Sequence record: LC765218.1
DNA length: 64,000 bases
Reading direction: 5' to 3' (one strand)
Source: Pseudomonas phage BRkr
Below are positions 36,602 through 46,804 of this stretch, piece by piece (position 1 is the stretch's first letter; every line of letters begins with the position of its first letter). The notes beneath the pieces were generated by a model, which worked only from the letters and a program-made list of their open reading frames with translations, searched no databases and had not been told where the DNA came from. The position numbers were made by a program, and so were the translations under genes.

Positions 36602-37381
36602 ATGGGTACTGTACTCAAACGTGGCGACCGCGGCTCTGCTGTGGAAGATCTACAAATGAAACTTCGAGTCGCAGGATACGCAGTTAGCGCTGACGGAATC
36701 TTCGGTGGAGATACAGAGAAAGCTGTTCGTGATTTCCAAGCTTCTAAAGCTTTGGTGGTTGACGGAAAAGTTGGACCTGCTACTCTAGCTGAACTAGCCA
36801 AATCCGCTACTGTTCCTGCTAAATGGGAAGCTATCCCTTTCCCAACAGCTAATAAATCTCGGTCGGCTGCAATGCCCACACTGAATGCGGTTGGAGCAAT
36901 GACTGGTACCGATCCTCGGTTACTCGCTACATTCGCTTCCATTGAGTCTGCTTTTGATTACACTGTCAAAGCATCCACATCTTCGGCTACTGGTTGGTTC
37001 CAGTTCCTTGATGCTACATGGGATGACATGATCAAAGCACATGGTTCCAAATACGGGCTACCTAAAGATCCCACTAGGGCACTCCGTAAAGACCCACGTG
37101 CAAATGCATTAATGGGTGCAGAATTCCTTAAAGGAAATGCAGCTGTATTACGTCCAGTAATCAATCGCGAACCGAGTGATACAGACTTGTATTTGGCACA
37201 TTTCCTTGGTGCTGGCGGCGCTAAGAAATTCCTATCCGCAGATCAGAAAACTCTCGGTGAAGTTCTATTCCCGAAACCTGCTAAAGCAAACCCGTCGATC
37301 TTTAGCAATAAAGGTGTACCACGTACCCTTGCAGAGATCTACAAGCTGTTCGAAGATAAAGTTTCGAAACATCGGGCATAG
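36602..37381 (+). CDS. endolysin, phiKZ gp144-type (N-terminal peptidoglycan-binding domain plus C-terminal lytic transglycosylase)
   Basis: 259 aa (KZ144 is about 260 aa). N-terminal GDRGSAVEDLQMKLRVAGY...DGIFGGDTEKAVRDFQ...VDGKVGPATLAEL matches the PG_binding_1 signature. C-terminal IESAFDY has the family-1 lytic-transglycosylase catalytic E-S motif. No signal peptide. RBS GGAGAcagacaaATG. Confidence 0.8.
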   Translation: MGTVLKRGDRGSAVEDLQMKLRVAGYAVSADGIFGGDTEKAVRDFQASKALVVDGKVGPATLAELAKSATVPAKWEAIPFPTANKSRSAAMPTLNAVGAMTGTDPRLLATFASIESAFDYTVKASTSSATGWFQFLDATWDDMIKAHGSKYGLPKDPTRALRKDPRANALMGAEFLKGNAAVLRPVINREPSDTDLYLAHFLGAGGAKKFLSADQKTLGEVLFPKPAKANPSIFSNKGVPRTLAEIYKLFEDKVSKHRA

Positions 37382-37512
37382 CGTCCACCTGTTCTTTTAA
37401 CGGTGGTAACACTTAGAAAAGGATTTTGTTAACCTGATACTTCCCCAGGTTTGAAGGTGGTATTATCAGGTTAAAAGAATATGTGCAACGCAGCCAATCC
37501 TGAAGGACATCT

Positions 37513-38532
37513 ATGATGGCTGAAGAAAAGAAAAAGGTTTCTGAACTCGATTTTCTGTCTGGTCTAACCGGACAGGAATTCGTAGAGGTTGTTGCTCGCG
37601 ATACAGAAGGTTCTTATAAGAACTATCGTGTACTCGCAGATAAATTACGTGTAGGCGCTTCTGCTTTTGATGGCGCTGTCAAAGCTGGTTTTGTCGGTAC
37701 TGAAGAAGAATGGTTAGAAACACTCGTTGGAAAATCTGCGTATCAAATCGCAGTTGATCAGGGTTATGAAGGCACTGAAGAACAATGGGTTTCTGCAACC
37801 AATCCTCTATTTGAGATCCTTCCAGAAAATGCTGGTATGGTACTCACTGTAAATGAACTAGGTCTTCCAGAGTGGAAAGTAATTGACCTTTCGTTTGCAA
37901 ACTTAGATAAGGTCGATAATACAGCAGATGCTGATAAACCTATTTCTCGTCAGCAGAAGAAAGAACTTGATCGAAAGCTTTACATCAAAGATGCACCGAG
38001 TGCGGTTATGTCCACTCTACAACAAATCGGTGTAGTTGTTTCTGAAGATGGTAAAGAAGTATCGTTCGATGAAGGGCGTGCCACAGAAGTCAGTGAACTG
38101 CTTCTACAACATCGTCGCGGCTCTGCTCTAGAAGCGGCAGCTTGGACAGGCAAAGAAGGAACGTTCTTTGTAGATCTTGAGAATAAGAAGCTTTATGTTC
38201 ACGATGGCGTTACTGTCGGTGGTGCTCAGATCGGTGGTCTAACTGCCGCTGAAGTACAAGTCATCATCGATGCAGGTATTGCTATCGATAAAGTTACTGG
38301 ACTGGTTGATGCTCTTGCTAAGAAAGCAGATCTCGATGAGGACGGTAAACTGAAAATAGAACAGCTTCCTGAACTGGATATTCCGACTAAGGTTGATGAA
38401 GCTGCTGTCATTGCTGGTGAGGATGATACAGGCTTTGCTACTGCTAAAGGTATTCATGCACTTCTGGACGCCATTGGTTTTACCAAAGACGAGAATGGTT
38501 CTTGGAAACTCGATCCAGCCGTTGTGGCGTAA
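37513..38532 (+). CDS. tail fibre protein (short member of the second fibre cluster)
   Basis: 339 aa. N-terminus ELDFLSGLTGQEFVEVVARDTEGSYKNYRV is homologous to the N-terminus of 38699..41168. Three copies of the KSAYQIAVDQGYEGTEEQW-type repeat. Confidence 0.55.
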   Translation: MMAEEKKKVSELDFLSGLTGQEFVEVVARDTEGSYKNYRVLADKLRVGASAFDGAVKAGFVGTEEEWLETLVGKSAYQIAVDQGYEGTEEQWVSATNPLFEILPENAGMVLTVNELGLPEWKVIDLSFANLDKVDNTADADKPISRQQKKELDRKLYIKDAPSAVMSTLQQIGVVVSEDGKEVSFDEGRATEVSELLLQHRRGSALEAAAWTGKEGTFFVDLENKKLYVHDGVTVGGAQIGGLTAAEVQVIIDAGIAIDKVTGLVDALAKKADLDEDGKLKIEQLPELDIPTKVDEAAVIAGEDDTGFATAKGIHALLDAIGFTKDENGSWKLDPAVVA

Positions 38533-38574
38533 ATAAAATAGTCGCAACTCCAGATAGATGCTCTCCTGAAAAGG

Positions 38575-38610
38575 CATACTGGAGTCCCCTTTGGGACTCC
38601 TATATGTTGC
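38575..38610 (+). terminator. hairpin GGAGTCCC-CTTT-GGGACTCC followed by TATATGTTGC
   Basis: Perfect 8-bp stem. The TATATGT motif lies about 90 nt upstream of the next gene start. Confidence 0.5.
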
Positions 38611-38698
38611 TAAAATAATACACTACTCTATGAGTCTTATTTTCCTTTTAAGACGTGCACGAGTAGTTGCGAAGACTCTCTCCAACAAAGGAATACGT

Positions 38699-41168
38699 AA
38701 TGGCCATTAAATCCAGTCCGGGTATGATCTCCGGAATGCAGCCTCTTAACACCATCACAGGTGAAGAGTTTGTAGAAGTTATCCGTCTTGAGGCAGATGG
38801 TTCTTATAAGAACTTCCGTCTCATGGTTTCTAAAATCCGTAACAATGAAGGCCTATCGGCTTATGAAGTTGCGGTAAAGAATGGTTTCGTAGGCACTGAA
38901 ACTGAGTGGCTCGAAAGTCTAAAAGGTCAAGGTATTTATCAGCTGGCTCTTCAACAGGGCTTCGTAGGTACTGAAGACGAATTCCTCGCCTCTCTTAAAG
39001 GTGAAGACGGCGCAGATGGCGCTGTAGGTAAATCCATCTATGAAGTTGCCGTAGATAACGGCTTCACTGGCACTGAACAAGAATTCCTTGCAACTCTCGT
39101 CGGTAAGTCTGCCTATCAATCCGCTCTTGATACTGGTTTTACCGGTACCGAGGCCGAGTTCATCCAGTCCCTAAAAGGTGACAAAGGCGATGCCGGCGAG
39201 AAAGGTGATAAGGGCGATAAAGGCGACCAGGGTGATCAAGGTAAGTCCGCTTACGATCTAGCTGTCGAAGCTGGTTTCACTGGAACCGAAGCTGAGTACC
39301 TGGAATCTCTCCACGGTATCGACGGTACTAAAGGTGATGACGGTATCGATGGCGCTGACGGCAAATCTGCTTACGAGCTAGCCGTAGCAGCCGGTTTCGT
39401 TGGTACTGAAGAAGAATATCTCGAAAGCCTACACGGTGCTGATGGTAAGTCTGCTTATCAGATCGCTCGTGATAATGGTTTCGTTGGTACTGAAGAACAA
39501 TGGCTGGAAAGCCTAGAAGGCGCTAATGGTAAGTCCGCATACGAATCCGCTGTTGATGGTGGATACGTCGGTACTGAAGAAGAATTTAACCTGTCGCTTG
39601 CCGAACCGAAAGGTGTAAATGGTGGCGTATTCATCACTGATATCACTCCGGTTAATGCCGCTGATAACGTCGGTGAGAAGGTTAAGTCCGCGGATAGTTT
39701 CTCTCTGGTGCAATGTTCTTCGTCTACTCGTGACGTTAAAGTTAAAGTGGCTGCTATTACCGGTCATACTAACTATCGTCCTGTCGTTAAAGTTAACGGC
39801 GTAGATGTATCTCTCGTCGCTGGTGCAAATGCCCCGATGTGGACCGGTGAAGTAACTATTAATCTGCCTGAGCCGGTTGGTAGTGATCCCATTAAGGTCG
39901 AAGCTGTTCACGAAGATGGTGCTAAGGCATCTACTGATGTAATCATGGATACCGCGCCGGTTGTAACTGCGGCTACATTTACAGGTGAATATCCTGGTTC
40001 TCAAACCGAGCTGAAAGCAGGCGACACAATGTCGATCACTTTCACCACTGACCAAGATGTGGTAGGTTATGAGATTCGTGATGAAGGTGCATTCGTAGCA
40101 CGCAATGGTACACTGACCGCCGGTAAGACTCACAGTCTGACTGGTCTGGTTATTGCTGACCGTGGTAACACTGCTACTAACCAACCGTTCAGTATCCGCG
40201 TTAAGAAAGCCTCCGGTAGTTTCTCCGCGTGGTATAAGTCCGACGTAGCTGGTACTACTGAGAAAGTCAACGTTGTCAAGCTGAACAACCTGAAACCGAC
40301 GATTACATTCGGTGCTGTAACTTATCCGGCTGGTCAAACTGCCATTAAAGCTGGTGAAGATGCAACCGTTGCTAACACTGTAACTAACGCTACTAGCGCT
40401 ACTTACACCTCGGCTAATGGTCAGCTGACTGTAACTAACCCGACTCAGATTGAAGCAAACAAAACTGTTTCTTACCTGACTGGTAATTACAACGACCTGA
40501 CTAATAACCTGACAATCACTGCACAACGTGCTGCTAACGGTAGTTCGTCTACTGCATCGACAATCGTTAAGATTGCTAACGGTGCCCCTGAACTGACTGT
40601 TACCACTCCTGCCACTCGTCTGCGCTCCGGTGGTAATGCAGGTACTGTTGTACAGCGTCACACCATCACTATCACTTCGACTCAATCGCTGGCTGAAGCC
40701 CCTGTGATGACTGCTCCTGGCGGTAACTGGGATTCTGCTGGTTGGGTGGGTGATGCAGCTAAGAAAGTATGGACACGCACACTGCTCGTTCATGATGATG
40801 ATGCTAAAGGTATCTTCAACTTTACCGATGTTGTAGCCAAAGGTCTGGCTGGCGTTACAGTCAATACCCTTAAAGCTGGTGGCGAGTATACCCTTGGTGG
40901 CTTCGTTCTTCGTACCATGTCTATCGCTGCTTTCCCGAATCGTGAAGGTGCTATTGGTACAGATGTAGTTATGACTGGTAAACTTCGCTGCACTAACCTG
41001 TCTAAGGGTGCTAGCGGTTCTCTTAACTTCACCTATAAAGCTGACGATGCTGATGCTGTAAATACTTACACCATCAAGAATAGCAATAGTTGGTATAACT
41101 GCGACGCAGCTAACGCTGTATCTAACACATCCGGTCTGATGCGCGTCGAACTTGAGGAAGTTGTATAA
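38699..41168 (+). CDS. tail fibre protein with about 10 tandem 27-aa repeats and a short collagen-like tract
   Basis: RBS AAAGGAAtacgtaATG at 38699. Repeats of the form GKSAYELAVAAGFVGTEEEYLESLHG, a KGDAGEKGDKGDKGDQGDQGKS tract, and a large beta-rich C-terminal domain. Confidence 0.6.
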
Positions 41169-44100
41169 TGGCTGGTGAATCCGCATTTGAAGTTTTCGTT
41201 AACGGTGAGTTACCAAAACGTATCTCCACCGAAGACAATCCTCTTGAGGTAGTTGCAGGCAAGATCCCGGTTTCGACCGGGGCTGGCCTGGCTACAACTT
41301 TCAAAGACCCGACCGAAATCGAGGGAATGAAAGGTGAGGATGGCGCGGATGGTAAATCCGCTTATCAGCTGGCACTCGATGCTGGCTTTATTGGTACTGA
41401 AGCCGAGTGGCTCGAATCGCTGAAAGGCGAAGACGGCGCTAAAGGTGATACTGGTCTGCAAGGTAATCCTGGTGAACCGGGTCCCGTTACCAATATCAAA
41501 GGTACCGTAACTCTTGACGATTTCGAAACCAACATTGCTCCCATCGATAGTTGGGAATTTGGTGATGCTTGGTTCGTTCGTTCTTCCACTGCTACTGTAC
41601 TGAAAGTATGGTCTGCCCCAGAAACCGGTTCGCCGGATGCTGGCCAGTGGATCGACTCCGGTGACATGCGTGGTCCGGAAGGTACTGGTCTTGTTATTCG
41701 TGGTCAATGGCCTGATAACCAAGAACTTCCGCCCTTGGCTGCCAAAGGCGATACCTACGGTTGGAAAAATGCTCTTTACACTTTCATGCTTGTAGCTGGT
41801 GAAGAAGATATCTTCCCTGACAACTATGCATACATCCAGATCGTGCCGATGGGTCCTGAGGGTCCTAAAGGTGATACTGGTGCCAAAGGTGATAAAGGCG
41901 ACCGTGGTCTGAAAGGTGACACTGGTGCACCTGGTAAGGACGCTACTCCGTTCACTATTAAAGCTGACTTAGCTTCCGAAGATGATCTGCCTCTGGCTGG
42001 CGATGCCAAGCCTGAAGAAGCATATTCGGTTATGGTTGACGATGTACGCCATCTATTCGTCTTCTCCGTCGATGAAAACCGCTGGATGGATCTCGGTACT
42101 TGGCAGGGCCCGAAAGGTGAACCTGGTCAAGACGGTATCATCGGTGGCGACGGCCCGAAAGGGGACAAAGGCGATAAGGGTGATAAAGGCGATCCTGGTC
42201 AAGATGGTATCGATGGTCAAGACGGTGCTCCTGGTGAAAACCTGGAAATCCTCGGTACGTATCCGACCATGGCAGATCTTCTGGCCGCAGGTGCTACTCT
42301 TGTCATCAAGAAAGCTTACGCTGTTCGCGATGTTAACACCCTCTTCTACGTAGCTACTACTCCTGTTACCTCTGAAGGCGACCTGATTAACCTAGGTCAA
42401 TTCAAAGGTGAGAAGGGCGACAAAGGGGATAAAGGTGACAAAGGGGATACCGGTGCAAAAGGTGATAAGGGTGACACCGGTGACGGTGGTAAGAACCTGG
42501 TTGTCTCCGGTGTTCTTCCTGACCTTGCTGCCATTCAAGCCGTACCTGATCCGCAAGAACAGGAAGCTTGGGTAGCTGCCGATAACCGCCACCTCTACAT
42601 GTTCATTGATGGAACATGGGTTGACCTTGGTACTCATACTGGCGCCAAAGGCGATAAAGGGGACAAGGGCGATAAGGGTGATACTGGCGCCAAGGGTGAC
42701 ACTGGTGATAAAGGCGACAAAGGTGATCAGGGTGAAAACTTTGAAATCATCGCTGTTGTTGACACTGTAGGTGAAGTTCCTCCGGCCACTGCCGACAACA
42801 AAGGTAAAGCCGTTGTTGTTAAAGGCGGCGATGTTTATGTAAACATTAGTGGTACTCAGTTCGTATCTGTTGGTCCCATTGGCCAGAAAGGTGATCAGGG
42901 TGATCGTGGCGCCTCGATGCGCATCGTTGGTGAAGTAGGTTCTGTTGAAGCTCTACCTGAACTGGTAGCCGGTGAAACTGATCCCGCTGATGGCGAGGCG
43001 TACATTGTTACCGTTATCCAGGGTGATGACACCATTAAGGTAATCTACGTAGCTAACCGCTCTACGAATACCTACGATGGTCCGTTCAATATCCAGGGTC
43101 CGCAAGGTAACGATGGTCCGCAGGGTGAAGTAGGTCCTCGCGGTGAAATCGGCCAAGGTATCAAAATTGTTGGCGACTATCCGTCTGAAGCTGCTCTTAC
43201 AGCTGCTCATCCGACTAGTGCTATTGGTGATGCATATTCGGTTGGTCCTGAAAACAGTAAAGAACTGTTTGTTTGGGCTGTCGATGGTGCTGATGATACT
43301 GAGAAGTATCTGAACCTGGGTAGCTTCACCGTTGGCGCCAAAGGCGAAAAAGGTGATAAGGGTGACCAAGGTATTGTTGGTCCTCGCGGTATTCAAGGTG
43401 CAAAAGGTGATAAAGGTTCTCGTTGGGTAATTCTACCGAACGGTGTCGATATCCCGAATAACACTATTGGTACTCAAGATGACTGGTGCCTTGATAAGTC
43501 TGGTAAAGTTTGGTATCGTGACGCAACTGGCTGGAAAGAATTCATCCAACTTCTGGATGTTCCTGTAGCCGAAGTAGAAACTGCCGATCAGAACAAGAAG
43601 ATGGTTCGCTATCAACTTGGCTGGGCACCTCTACTGGTCGATGAAGTGGAAACCCCTGAAGAAGGTGAACAGTATATCCGTAAGGGTAAAGCTGATGGCA
43701 CCACCGAATGGGCTCCGCTTGAAGTAGATGCTGTACCAGACGTTCCTACTCCCAACATTGCTCTTGCAATGGTTCGTAAGGACGGTGAGTGGAAACAAGG
43801 TGCACCTATTGTCATTGCCAACGATGTTGATAAGCATTACGTTCTGAAGGGTAAGGCTAGCTGGGTCGAAACCGATGTCTTTAAAGACGCGGCTAGCGAT
43901 GGTAAGTCTTACGCTCGTAAGGATGGTGCTTGGGCTGCGGTAGTACCTGAAACTACCAATGATGATAAACTGTACGCTCGTAAAACTACTGTTGCTGGCG
44001 TGTCCAGCTGGGTAGAGGTACCGGCTGCAATTATCGCATCGGATGCTCCGGATGCCAAGAACTACACTCGTTCTAACGGTGAGTGGAAAGAACTGGTAAC

Positions 44101-44491
44101 CATTCCGGAACCAGGTATCGATGCTACTAAAGTTTGGGGTCGTCAGACAACTGCTGCTGGTACATCGGCGTGGGTAGAGATCAAGAAAGAATTTGATACC
44201 TACTCCCTGCTATCTGGTGCTGCTCCTGCTGGTAACTTCACCATCACTCCGGCTAACCAACAGTGCTATACTGTTCCATCTACTGCTGCTCGTACTATCA
44301 CTCTAGGTGATGGTCCGTCTGGCCGAATGATTACAGCTGTACTGGTTCTAACTGGTACGGTCATTCCGACCTTCAGCGGTAACTTCAAATGGAATGATAA
44401 CACGGCTCCTGAAGCTGCTGCAACCAAGACTGTCATCACCCTTCTGTGGGATGGTAGTGAATGGCTCGGCGCTAAAGGTGCTGGCTACTAA
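41168..44491 (+). CDS. large collagen-like tail fibre protein (1107 aa)
   Basis: Start overlaps the upstream stop (TAATG). One SAYQLALDAGFIGTEAEWLESLKG repeat, then multiple interrupted Gly-X-Y tracts (GDKGDKGDKGDTGAKGDKGDTGDGG, GPKGEPGQDGIIGGDGPKGDKGDKGDKGDPGQDGIDGQDGAPGE, and others), then a globular C-terminus. Strong codon bias. Confidence 0.6.
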   Translation: MAGESAFEVFVNGELPKRISTEDNPLEVVAGKIPVSTGAGLATTFKDPTEIEGMKGEDGADGKSAYQLALDAGFIGTEAEWLESLKGEDGAKGDTGLQGNPGEPGPVTNIKGTVTLDDFETNIAPIDSWEFGDAWFVRSSTATVLKVWSAPETGSPDAGQWIDSGDMRGPEGTGLVIRGQWPDNQELPPLAAKGDTYGWKNALYTFMLVAGEEDIFPDNYAYIQIVPMGPEGPKGDTGAKGDKGDRGLKGDTGAPGKDATPFTIKADLASEDDLPLAGDAKPEEAYSVMVDDVRHLFVFSVDENRWMDLGTWQGPKGEPGQDGIIGGDGPKGDKGDKGDKGDPGQDGIDGQDGAPGENLEILGTYPTMADLLAAGATLVIKKAYAVRDVNTLFYVATTPVTSEGDLINLGQFKGEKGDKGDKGDKGDTGAKGDKGDTGDGGKNLVVSGVLPDLAAIQAVPDPQEQEAWVAADNRHLYMFIDGTWVDLGTHTGAKGDKGDKGDKGDTGAKGDTGDKGDKGDQGENFEIIAVVDTVGEVPPATADNKGKAVVVKGGDVYVNISGTQFVSVGPIGQKGDQGDRGASMRIVGEVGSVEALPELVAGETDPADGEAYIVTVIQGDDTIKVIYVANRSTNTYDGPFNIQGPQGNDGPQGEVGPRGEIGQGIKIVGDYPSEAALTAAHPTSAIGDAYSVGPENSKELFVWAVDGADDTEKYLNLGSFTVGAKGEKGDKGDQGIVGPRGIQGAKGDKGSRWVILPNGVDIPNNTIGTQDDWCLDKSGKVWYRDATGWKEFIQLLDVPVAEVETADQNKKMVRYQLGWAPLLVDEVETPEEGEQYIRKGKADGTTEWAPLEVDAVPDVPTPNIALAMVRKDGEWKQGAPIVIANDVDKHYVLKGKASWVETDVFKDAASDGKSYARKDGAWAAVVPETTNDDKLYARKTTVAGVSSWVEVPAAIIASDAPDAKNYTRSNGEWKELVTIPEPGIDATKVWGRQTTAAGTSAWVEIKKEFDTYSLLSGAAPAGNFTITPANQQCYTVPSTAARTITLGDGPSGRMITAVLVLTGTVIPTFSGNFKWNDNTAPEAAATKTVITLLWDGSEWLGAKGAGY

Positions 44492-44497
44492 TAATAG

Positions 44498-44537
44498 CGG
44501 CATAAAGCCCAGGGTTAACCCTGGGCTTTTATGTCGT
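44498..44537. terminator. bidirectional terminator GGCATAAAG-CCCAGGGTT-AACCCTGGG-CTTTTATGTCGTC between convergent genes
   Basis: Perfect 10-bp stem. The extended arms make the whole element palindromic. Confidence 0.65.
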
Positions 44538-45276
44538 CTTTATCAACTTCGATACCGTTATCTCCAGGACGAATCATGGAGAAATATTTAGCATCTATAA
44601 ATTCAAAGTCCATGTGAATCAGCCGCTCGACCCTGAACTTAAATAGTTCAAACTTCTTCTCCTCGATAGTGAGTTTACTAACGTCACGTTCGAAGAGTTT
44701 AGGTCCAATAAAATTGAAGCATGGCATTTGAACTTTAGACAAAGCAAGATAATGAGTGTGCATCCATTCATGGAAATCGTAAGTGATATACATCGCATAG
44801 AGAGCATCCAAGAATTTAGGTGTGAGCTCTTCTAATGGATGACTAACTACTTCCACGGGCATTTCTTCGCCGTATATTTCTTGGATGATATTTTCAAGGT
44901 CATCGATAACTTCACCAGGTAACGTGTAAGGCCAGATGTTGATCGTAAGACCAATCTCGTCTTCAGGATTACCCATGTTATCCATTCTGTTTACATGATC
45001 TTCCGCGAGAATTCGCATCAAGAACGGACTGATACCTGTTAGGATAGAAGCGTTGATAGTATCAGCGGAATTATCTCCGCCTCTATTAGCATACGCTTCT
45101 TTGAATTGCTCCGTTGTAACAAGACCACCTGTTAGAGTGGTCCAGTCATCATTTTCACGAAGCCAATATTCCTTAGTGGAAACCAACCGTTCTGCTGCCT
45201 CCTTGTTAATTGTAGACATGACTCCAAGACGGGTGTCAAGTAATACATCAAGAGGTATCAGAATACGTTTGATCAT
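44515..45276 (-). CDS. hypothetical protein
   Basis: 253-aa minus-strand ORF. Confidence 0.5.
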   Translation of the reverse strand: MIKRILIPLDVLLDTRLGVMSTINKEAAERLVSTKEYWLRENDDWTTLTGGLVTTEQFKEAYANRGGDNSADTINASILTGISPFLMRILAEDHVNRMDNMGNPEDEIGLTINIWPYTLPGEVIDDLENIIQEIYGEEMPVEVVSHPLEELTPKFLDALYAMYITYDFHEWMHTHYLALSKVQMPCFNFIGPKLFERDVSKLTIEEKKFELFKFRVERLIHMDFEFIDAKYFSMIRPGDNGIEVDKDDIKAQG

Positions 45277-45749
45277 TTCATTTTCGCCTGTGCAATAATG
45301 TTATTTACATGGCGAAGTTGCGTAGATGCATATACAAGGAAGAACAACCAGTGATTTTGCTGTAGCGTACCATAGAGTTCATCTACATTAGCTGCTTTAC
45401 CCAGTAACTCCCTATCGACCATTGCTGAATCAGGTGTGAATGGAACCAAGCGTCTAGTGAGATACTCAATTGCTACATCAATGTTTTCAATTTCTAAAGT
45501 GAATGTAGTGGTGGTAGACAGAAGAGCACCCAATACATCCTGCTTAGAACGGATACCTGACCAAATCTGATTAATGATAACTCTATCATTAAAACTAGAA
45601 ATCATCATATTGTTTCTAAGTTCGTTAATATGCTCTAGAATTTGAGCAATAACGAGATCATCATCAACAGATACCAATTCACTAATTGCAACACCTAATG
45701 CATTCTGCAATACTTCGCTAATACCTTCTTCCGCATTCTTAATAGCCAT
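45273..45749 (-). CDS. hypothetical protein
   Basis: 158 aa. Translationally coupled to the downstream gene (4-nt overlap). Confidence 0.5.
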   Translation of the reverse strand: MAIKNAEEGISEVLQNALGVAISELVSVDDDLVIAQILEHINELRNNMMISSFNDRVIINQIWSGIRSKQDVLGALLSTTTTFTLEIENIDVAIEYLTRRLVPFTPDSAMVDRELLGKAANVDELYGTLQQNHWLFFLVYASTQLRHVNNIIAQAKMK

Positions 45750-45751
45750 GA

Positions 45752-46426
45752 TTACCCCACTAGGTTATTCTGTAAATGCATGGCCTTCAAATAGACGGAC
45801 ATGGTTTTGTTAGATTTAACTTGAGAAGGCGTCTCGGCCATAATGGAATCGAGAGAAGCTTCACCTGTTTCAATGATGGATCGATTCATAGCGTTATATG
45901 CCTTTTCATCACCACCACGAAACTTAATCAGTTCGAGAACCATGTTGTTAAGACCTTTAGAGGCGTTAACCTGAATCTCAGGGGCAGATAGACGTGCACC
46001 TTTACTATCACCAGTTGCCTGTCCAGAACGCTCGTCAACAACAGTATTAGAACCTGGGATAGAAGCTTTCTTAGCTAGCATCTGAACCTGCCGACGAAGC
46101 GGAACCATACCAACTAGGTGTTTATTCTGAGTCTTATAAACTTGACCAGTGCCCGGATCAGTTAAGATAAGGTGTTGGAATAGTTCAAAACCAAGAGCAT
46201 CAGCTACTTTATAATTCTGAGCGATACTTAGAGTTGGTTCTTCTAAGTTAGGAGCGTAGAGAGCCAGCACTTCACCTGCCTCTAGACGTTCCATCCATTC
46301 AAAAAACTCTTCGTCAGAATAACGGTCAAAAAGTTCTTGATAGATTTTAACGTTCTCGCTTCCTGGTCGGAACATGTCGATGAAGTATAGAATTTCTTTT
46401 TCAAGGACTTTACGATCGGGTTTCAT
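45752..46426 (-). CDS. hypothetical protein
   Basis: 224-aa minus-strand ORF. Confidence 0.5.
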   Translation of the reverse strand: MKPDRKVLEKEILYFIDMFRPGSENVKIYQELFDRYSDEEFFEWMERLEAGEVLALYAPNLEEPTLSIAQNYKVADALGFELFQHLILTDPGTGQVYKTQNKHLVGMVPLRRQVQMLAKKASIPGSNTVVDERSGQATGDSKGARLSAPEIQVNASKGLNNMVLELIKFRGGDEKAYNAMNRSIIETGEASLDSIMAETPSQVKSNKTMSVYLKAMHLQNNLVG

Positions 46427-46461
46427 AGTTACCTCTACAAATCAAATGAGCATACGATTAC

Positions 46462-46782
46462 TCAGATTGATTTAGACTCGCAGTGATACATTGGCTGTGC
46501 AGCAGCGTCTGTACATGGAGGTAACCGCTTTTTACGGAACAACGGAATGAAATTAGCAGCGAAGTTACGCCACCATGCTTCAAAATCATTCACTTCATTT
46601 AGGGTACAACGTAATTCCAGGGTGTTGATTTTGTATTGAGCCAACAACAGATGGAAGAATTGATTAAGAGTTGCAAGATCCTTGATTTCGGGCATGCGTC
46701 TATACAGATCTTCAGCAACCTCTACATCAAGAGCACGGGTACGCTGAAAAATAACAGCGCGATAATCGATGGTATTAGACAT
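46462..46782 (-). CDS. hypothetical protein
   Basis: 106 aa. Confidence 0.45.
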   Translation of the reverse strand: MSNTIDYRAVIFQRTRALDVEVAEDLYRRMPEIKDLATLNQFFHLLLAQYKINTLELRCTLNEVNDFEAWWRNFAANFIPLFRKKRLPPCTDAAAQPMYHCESKSI

Positions 46783-46804
46783 AATTTGTTTCCTGATCGG
46801 GTAA

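Noticed and set aside
39170-42720. Short nucleotide tandem repeats (GGTGATAAAGGCGAC...) as a VNTR or non-coding repeat
   Set aside because: They lie within long open reading frames and encode Gly-X-Y collagen-like tracts (GDKGDKGD), so this is a coding repeat.
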